A stretch of DNA of 29,763 bases from a virus. Lineage: Duplodnaviria; Caudoviricetes. A program made the translations under genes and the position numbers. Positions 26,367-29,763 of this stretch are shown here, one piece after another. The stretch spans positions 1 to 29,763 of IMG/VR virus record IMGVR_UViG_3300046508_000147. One strand, written 5' to 3'. Within the stretch, counting starts at the first letter, position 1, and every line of letters starts with the position of its first letter. Under the pieces are notes generated by a model that saw only the letters and a program-made list of their open reading frames with translations, searched no databases and was not told where the DNA came from.

Positions 26367-26584
26367 GCCGCCCCCACACTCCGCGATGGAACGACATGCG
26401 GAGGCGCCTCCGGCGTGGGCTTCGCGCATGTCAGCGCCGCGAGGATCTTGGTGGCCTCGGCGTCGTCGCGGCACACGGAGACGGAGACGTGGAGCGTGTC
26501 CGTCTTGCCGTTGACGGTGTAGGCCAGGAGTACCTGACCCGAGACCAGGTCCTTCAGAGCTCGGTAGTTCCTATCTTCGTTCAC
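26363..26584 (-). CDS. Small hypothetical protein
   Basis: GGAGG SD and GTGA overlaps at both ends. Confidence 0.55.
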   Translation of the reverse strand: MNEDRNYRALKDLVSGQVLLAYTVNGKTDTLHVSVSVCRDDAEATKILAALTCAKPTPEAPPHVVPSRSVGAA

Positions 26585-27075
26585 CGCTTCCTCCGTGGTT
26601 TCTTGGAAGCTTTGGCCGCGACTGCGGGCGTGTCGGCGAAGAAATCGCACGGAGCGCAAGCGCTGCACAGACCCGACTCCACCCAGGTGCAGGGCTCGCC
26701 CGTGCGTTCGACGCACTGCCGACAGTCGTCATCCGTGCAGCCACACTCTCTGCATCGCTGCTCGACCAGCTTCGGCTTCTTCGGTGCCTTCGTTCCCGAC
26801 TCGGCCTTCACCCCGCCACTTCGCGCCTCGCTGTCCACCTGGCCATAGCGGTCCATCTGGGTCCGCAGCGCCCCGGCTATGATCGTCCGGTGATTGGACG
26901 GAAGTTCATGGATCAGGTCGTCGGGCACCTTCCCAAGTAGGCCAACGCACCGTGAGGCAACCTTGCCGATCTCCTCCACCCGGGTGGGTGCCTCCAGACC
27001 CGGAAGTTGGTCCATGAGTGACTCGATCGGAACGTCAACCTCGACTTCCTGCTCTACCCACACGCGCACTCGCAT
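26581..27075 (-). CDS. Hypothetical protein with phage-type Cys-rich Zn finger
   Basis: AAGGAG SD before ATG 27075; CRECGCTDDDCRQC...PCTWV...LCSAC motif. Confidence 0.7.
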   Translation of the reverse strand: MRVRVWVEQEVEVDVPIESLMDQLPGLEAPTRVEEIGKVASRCVGLLGKVPDDLIHELPSNHRTIIAGALRTQMDRYGQVDSEARSGGVKAESGTKAPKKPKLVEQRCRECGCTDDDCRQCVERTGEPCTWVESGLCSACAPCDFFADTPAVAAKASKKPRRKR

Positions 27076-27117
27076 CGATCGGTCTCCTTCCATCTGGCGC
27101 TCTTACGGCACGCCTCC

Positions 27118-27477
27118 TCACCCCACCAACGCAGCCTTCCACCCCGGAAAGGGCAATTCCTGGGACCGGTTCCACCACACCCTCCGGTACCCCCTGAACC
27201 CACGCACCAGCTCTTCGGGCACCGTCACAGCAACCGCTCCGCCGCGCCGGCAGATCGCCCAGCCCTTCTCGGTCTGAGCTACGCGCGTCACGGGGGCGAA
27301 TCCTCGGATCAAGTCCCAGGCCACGATGTAGAGCCGCTCGCCAGCTTCGATCGGCGGTCTGCCTCCCCCGACGTAGAAGGCCCACTCCCCGCCCGTCTCG
27401 GGATCCCCGGCCGCGTCGCCCTTGGCAATCCAGTCGAGCCAGAGAGGTTTCGGGACTGTGACTACGAGATCGCTCAT
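27118..27477 (-). CDS. ASCH/PUA-like domain protein
   Basis: GGAGG SD before ATG 27477; GERLYIV...IRG.A.V and C-terminal VRGFRGYR motif. Confidence 0.55.
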   Translation of the reverse strand: MSDLVVTVPKPLWLDWIAKGDAAGDPETGGEWAFYVGGGRPPIEAGERLYIVAWDLIRGFAPVTRVAQTEKGWAICRRGGAVAVTVPEELVRGFRGYRRVWWNRSQELPFPGWKAALVG

Positions 27478-27496
27478 CCCCTTGCCTCCGCGAGTC

Positions 27497-27530
27497 AAAA
27501 GGGTGCGGCAGTCCAGACCTCCAGCCGCAC
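27497..27530 (-). terminator. Possible intrinsic terminator
   Basis: GTGCGGC-N14-GCCGCAC stem followed by CCTTTT directly after stop at 27539. Confidence 0.35.
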
Positions 27531-27538
27531 AGATTCCC

Positions 27539-28318
27539 TCACAGGGAGCTGCCAGGATCCCCGGAGTTGTCCGGGTGCAACCGGCGTCCTCCGGATCTGA
27601 CCGGTGCGTTCCTGTCTGTGGGAAGGTGATCGCCGTCCGCCGGCGTTTCCGGCCTCGGGCCTCGTTGGGGGGTCTCCCCTTCGGCCGCTCCACTTGCGGC
27701 CATGTCGTGCATGTAAAGCGCGGCCCGGCACCACCCAAGTAGGCGCCCGTGTTCGGACGCGATGTGGCCTGGCGACAGAATGAGGTGGTACTCGCTGAAC
27801 TCGATGAGATTGCGAAGCGCGTCCACCACGTCGCGCGGTTCGGATCGGGGGCTCGGCGCCATGCCCTGCGCTCCGCCTCCACCGTTACTGGCCTTGACGA
27901 TGGGGGCGTCCGCAGCCGTGGACCGCGCAGTCTCTAGGTTGAGCCCGAGTTTCTCGATGTCGGGCGGAGGAGCGAGGAGAACACCCTCACCGATACGATC
28001 GAGCGCGCCACGAGTCCAGACGTTAAGCTCTGGTTCCGGTGCTGGTGCTGGTGCTGTACTGCATACATCGACCACGAAGCGTACCGCCATAGCCGCAACC
28101 TGAACGGCCTCAGCTTCCATGCGGACCGGATCCTTCTGCCTCCGCTTGACCTCATCCCAGAGTTCGTCGACCTCCTCATCTATGACGGCGTAGCCCTCGT
28201 GGGCGGAATTGAAGGAGGGATGGAGCGCCATAGCTCCCCTGGCCTCCTCCTCCACGCGACAGAGAACGGCGGCGAGCCGCTTACCCCAGATTACGGGCGC
28301 CCTCTCCAGGATTCCCAT
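27539..28318 (-). CDS. MazG-like all-alpha NTP pyrophosphohydrolase with long C-terminal extension
   Basis: FNSAHEGYAVIDEEVDELWDEVK...EAVQVAAMAVRF (EExxE...ExxQ); start ATG 28318 after upstream stop. Confidence 0.7.
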   Translation of the reverse strand: MGILERAPVIWGKRLAAVLCRVEEEARGAMALHPSFNSAHEGYAVIDEEVDELWDEVKRRQKDPVRMEAEAVQVAAMAVRFVVDVCSTAPAPAPEPELNVWTRGALDRIGEGVLLAPPPDIEKLGLNLETARSTAADAPIVKASNGGGGAQGMAPSPRSEPRDVVDALRNLIEFSEYHLILSPGHIASEHGRLLGWCRAALYMHDMAASGAAEGETPQRGPRPETPADGDHLPTDRNAPVRSGGRRLHPDNSGDPGSSL

Positions 28319-28320
28319 GG

Positions 28321-29028
28321 CTACGCCAGAACCTGGCAGCCCTGCAGCTTCGCGCGGAGCCACTCCGCCACATTCGTCATCGCCGCCAGCTGCCATGCTC
28401 CGCCGTCAGCCTCAAAGAGTGCCAGCTCGGCGCTGACATGCCCCTTCCGAGCCCGCAGGATGAACGCGCTCTCGGGCTGCGCGACTTCCCGAAACGTCCG
28501 GAAGGGAGCCAGGGTAACGGGGTTGGGGAGCGAGGCTCGGTTCTTCAGCGCCTGGCCGGACTTGATCACCACCTCCTGCGTGAGGCCGGTGTCGGTCTGG
28601 GTCTGAATCTCCTCCCCGGTGATGATGCTGGCGAGCAGGATGACCTCGTCTCGCGCTTTCGTCAGCACGAACAGGGACTGCAGGGCGATGATGAATCGCT
28701 CCTGCTCCAGGAAGCTCCCGAAGGGAAACTCGATCTTGGGCGGCACGGCGAGGGCCATGCTTTCCCGTCTCCGGAAGGATCCCGAGACCGGGGCTATGAG
28801 CCGCACAGAGGCCGGGCTCTCGACGTGAATCGCGATCTCCGGCTTGGCGATCTTGTCGAGGCCTCCACAGATGTAGTCCGCAAATCCCTGCAGACTGTGG
28901 AATTCGAGCGGTGAGGCCGAGGGTTCGGCTATCCCGGTTAGTGGCACCGTCGAGTAGGTGCGGTCATTGACGACGACCGTCGACGGCCGAGCCAGCTCGG
29001 CGATCGCCTTCACGGCACTACTGTCCAT
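28321..29028 (-). CDS. Conserved phage protein (second of a common gene pair)
   Basis: HSLQGFADYI, IHVESP..V.L, FIIALQSLF, PNPVTLAPFRTFREV.QP.S.F, ALFEADGG.W motifs; AAGGAGG SD. Confidence 0.8.
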   Translation of the reverse strand: MDSSAVKAIAELARPSTVVVNDRTYSTVPLTGIAEPSASPLEFHSLQGFADYICGGLDKIAKPEIAIHVESPASVRLIAPVSGSFRRRESMALAVPPKIEFPFGSFLEQERFIIALQSLFVLTKARDEVILLASIITGEEIQTQTDTGLTQEVVIKSGQALKNRASLPNPVTLAPFRTFREVAQPESAFILRARKGHVSAELALFEADGGAWQLAAMTNVAEWLRAKLQGCQVLA

Positions 29029-29380
29029 GGTTTCCTCCTTCGATCGGAACGACGTTGGTAGGGGTCTCGAACCCGTTTAGCTTCGGGGCCTGGTCGGCGG
29101 TATAGGCGTGCAGGCGGGCGCCTGTCTTGGACAGGTGGATGAATCCCAGGTGCGCCTCTCCGCTCGCGATCTTGGATTCGGCCTGGATCGAGAACGCCGC
29201 CGTGGAACGATCCCTGCTCGGCTTGACGGAGATCTTGATGGTGAGCCGGCGAACCATCGTCGGCTCGGTGTTGGGGTCGTCGATGTTATCCAGGATCTTC
29301 GCGAACTCGTTGGCGAAGAGCTCCAACGCCACTCCGGATCCGAGGTTCTCGAGCGTCACCTCGTGGATATCAGCTTTCAC
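29018..29380 (-). CDS. Conserved phage protein (often labelled replication terminator protein; function unverified)
   Basis: G.A.E.F..E..KILDNI.DPNT.....R.LTIKI..KP..DR motif; GGAGGAG SD. Confidence 0.75.
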   Translation of the reverse strand: MKADIHEVTLENLGSGVALELFANEFAKILDNIDDPNTEPTMVRRLTIKISVKPSRDRSTAAFSIQAESKIASGEAHLGFIHLSKTGARLHAYTADQAPKLNGFETPTNVVPIEGGNHGQ

Positions 29381-29494
29381 GTCTCCTCCATGTTCCCCGG
29401 GACGGTCCGGGAAGGCCGCCCCGGGGTGTGCGGGCTTCGCTCCTCTTTACGCTCGGGCGGCGCCTGTCGCCGGCCGAGCGAAATAGCCCCACAG

Positions 29495-29701
29495 CTAATA
29501 GCCGTCGCCGCCGCCGTAGCCGTCGCCGTCGCCGTCGCCGTAGCCGTCGCCGTAGCCGTAGCCGTCGCCGTCGCCGCCGCCGTAGCCGTCGCCGCCGCCG
29601 TAGCCGTAGCCGTCGCCGTAGCCGTCGCCGAGGCCGTAGCCGTAGCCGGCGCCGGCGGTGCTCTGCGAATTTTCCCCGAGACTCGCCGCTAGGCTGCGCA
29701 T
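29495..29701 (-). CDS. Gly-Asp-Tyr repeat protein
   Basis: Short leader then (GDGYG/GYGDG)n; ATG 29701 overlaps end of upstream gene. Confidence 0.7.
   Translation of the reverse strand: MRSLAASLGENSQSTAGAGYGYGLGDGYGDGYGYGGGDGYGGGDGDGYGYGDGYGDGDGDGYGGGDGY
29501..29648. repeat. Hexamer tandem repeat (GCCGTC/GCCGTA/GCCGCC)
   Basis: Directly visible; encodes GD/GY/GG dipeptides on minus strand. Confidence 0.9.
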
Positions 29702-29763
29702 GCCTTGATCCACGGGTCGGCTTCCACGCGGATGGTTGCAACGACCGTGAGGGCGTTGAAGTC
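29689..29763 (-). CDS. 3' end of a small phage protein (partial, runs off window)
   Basis: Reads DFNALTVVATIRVEADPWIKACAA-stop; resembles C-terminus of the small proteins that commonly precede GDY-repeat genes. Confidence 0.55.
   Translation of the reverse strand, partial: DFNALTVVATIRVEADPWIKACAA

Larger units (their letters stand above)
1..29763 (-). mobile_element. Tailed phage/prophage segment (lambda-like siphovirus organisation)
   Basis: Tightly packed co-oriented genes, many with ATGA/GTGA stop-start overlaps, in canonical order replication-terminase-portal-capsid-neck-tail-lysis; no host housekeeping genes or att site seen. Confidence 0.97.

Noticed and set aside
29108-29741. Poly-Arg (29370-29741 -) and poly-Val/Ala (29108-29692 +) ORFs
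   Set aside because: Alternative frames of the hexamer repeat encoding the GDY protein
1-29763. Gene transfer agent, tailocin, or recoded genome
   Set aside because: Own replication initiator, early genes, head genes and cos-type terminase indicate a true phage; genes tile completely under the standard code

Overview
A continuous segment of a high-GC, lambda-like siphovirus or prophage genome with essentially all real genes on the minus strand. Right to left: small early/middle genes (GDY-repeat protein, a conserved phage gene pair, MazG-like NTP pyrophosphatase, ASCH-like, Zn-finger proteins, PD-(D/E)XK nuclease), a cassette of single-domain Ig-fold proteins around an RHH regulator, a replication initiator with internal iteron-like repeats, a candidate cos site, TerS/TerL (gpA type), gpW-like protein, lambda-type portal, fused protease-major capsid, decoration, neck and non-contractile tail genes, a tail fibre, and a lysis module ending in an M15-type endolysin. 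Two observations stand out. (1) Two apparent virion proteins, the capsid decoration protein and the tail fibre, begin with classical cleavable Sec signal peptides. (2) A secreted ASH/choice-of-anchor-D Ig domain appears circularly permuted: its terminal strand sits at the N-terminus, and the neighbouring FN3 protein ends in a matching strand, suggesting a phage-encoded donor-strand-complemented fibre. No integrase, repressor, RNA gene or CRISPR array is visible. Family calls come from motif recognition and gene order, not database searches.
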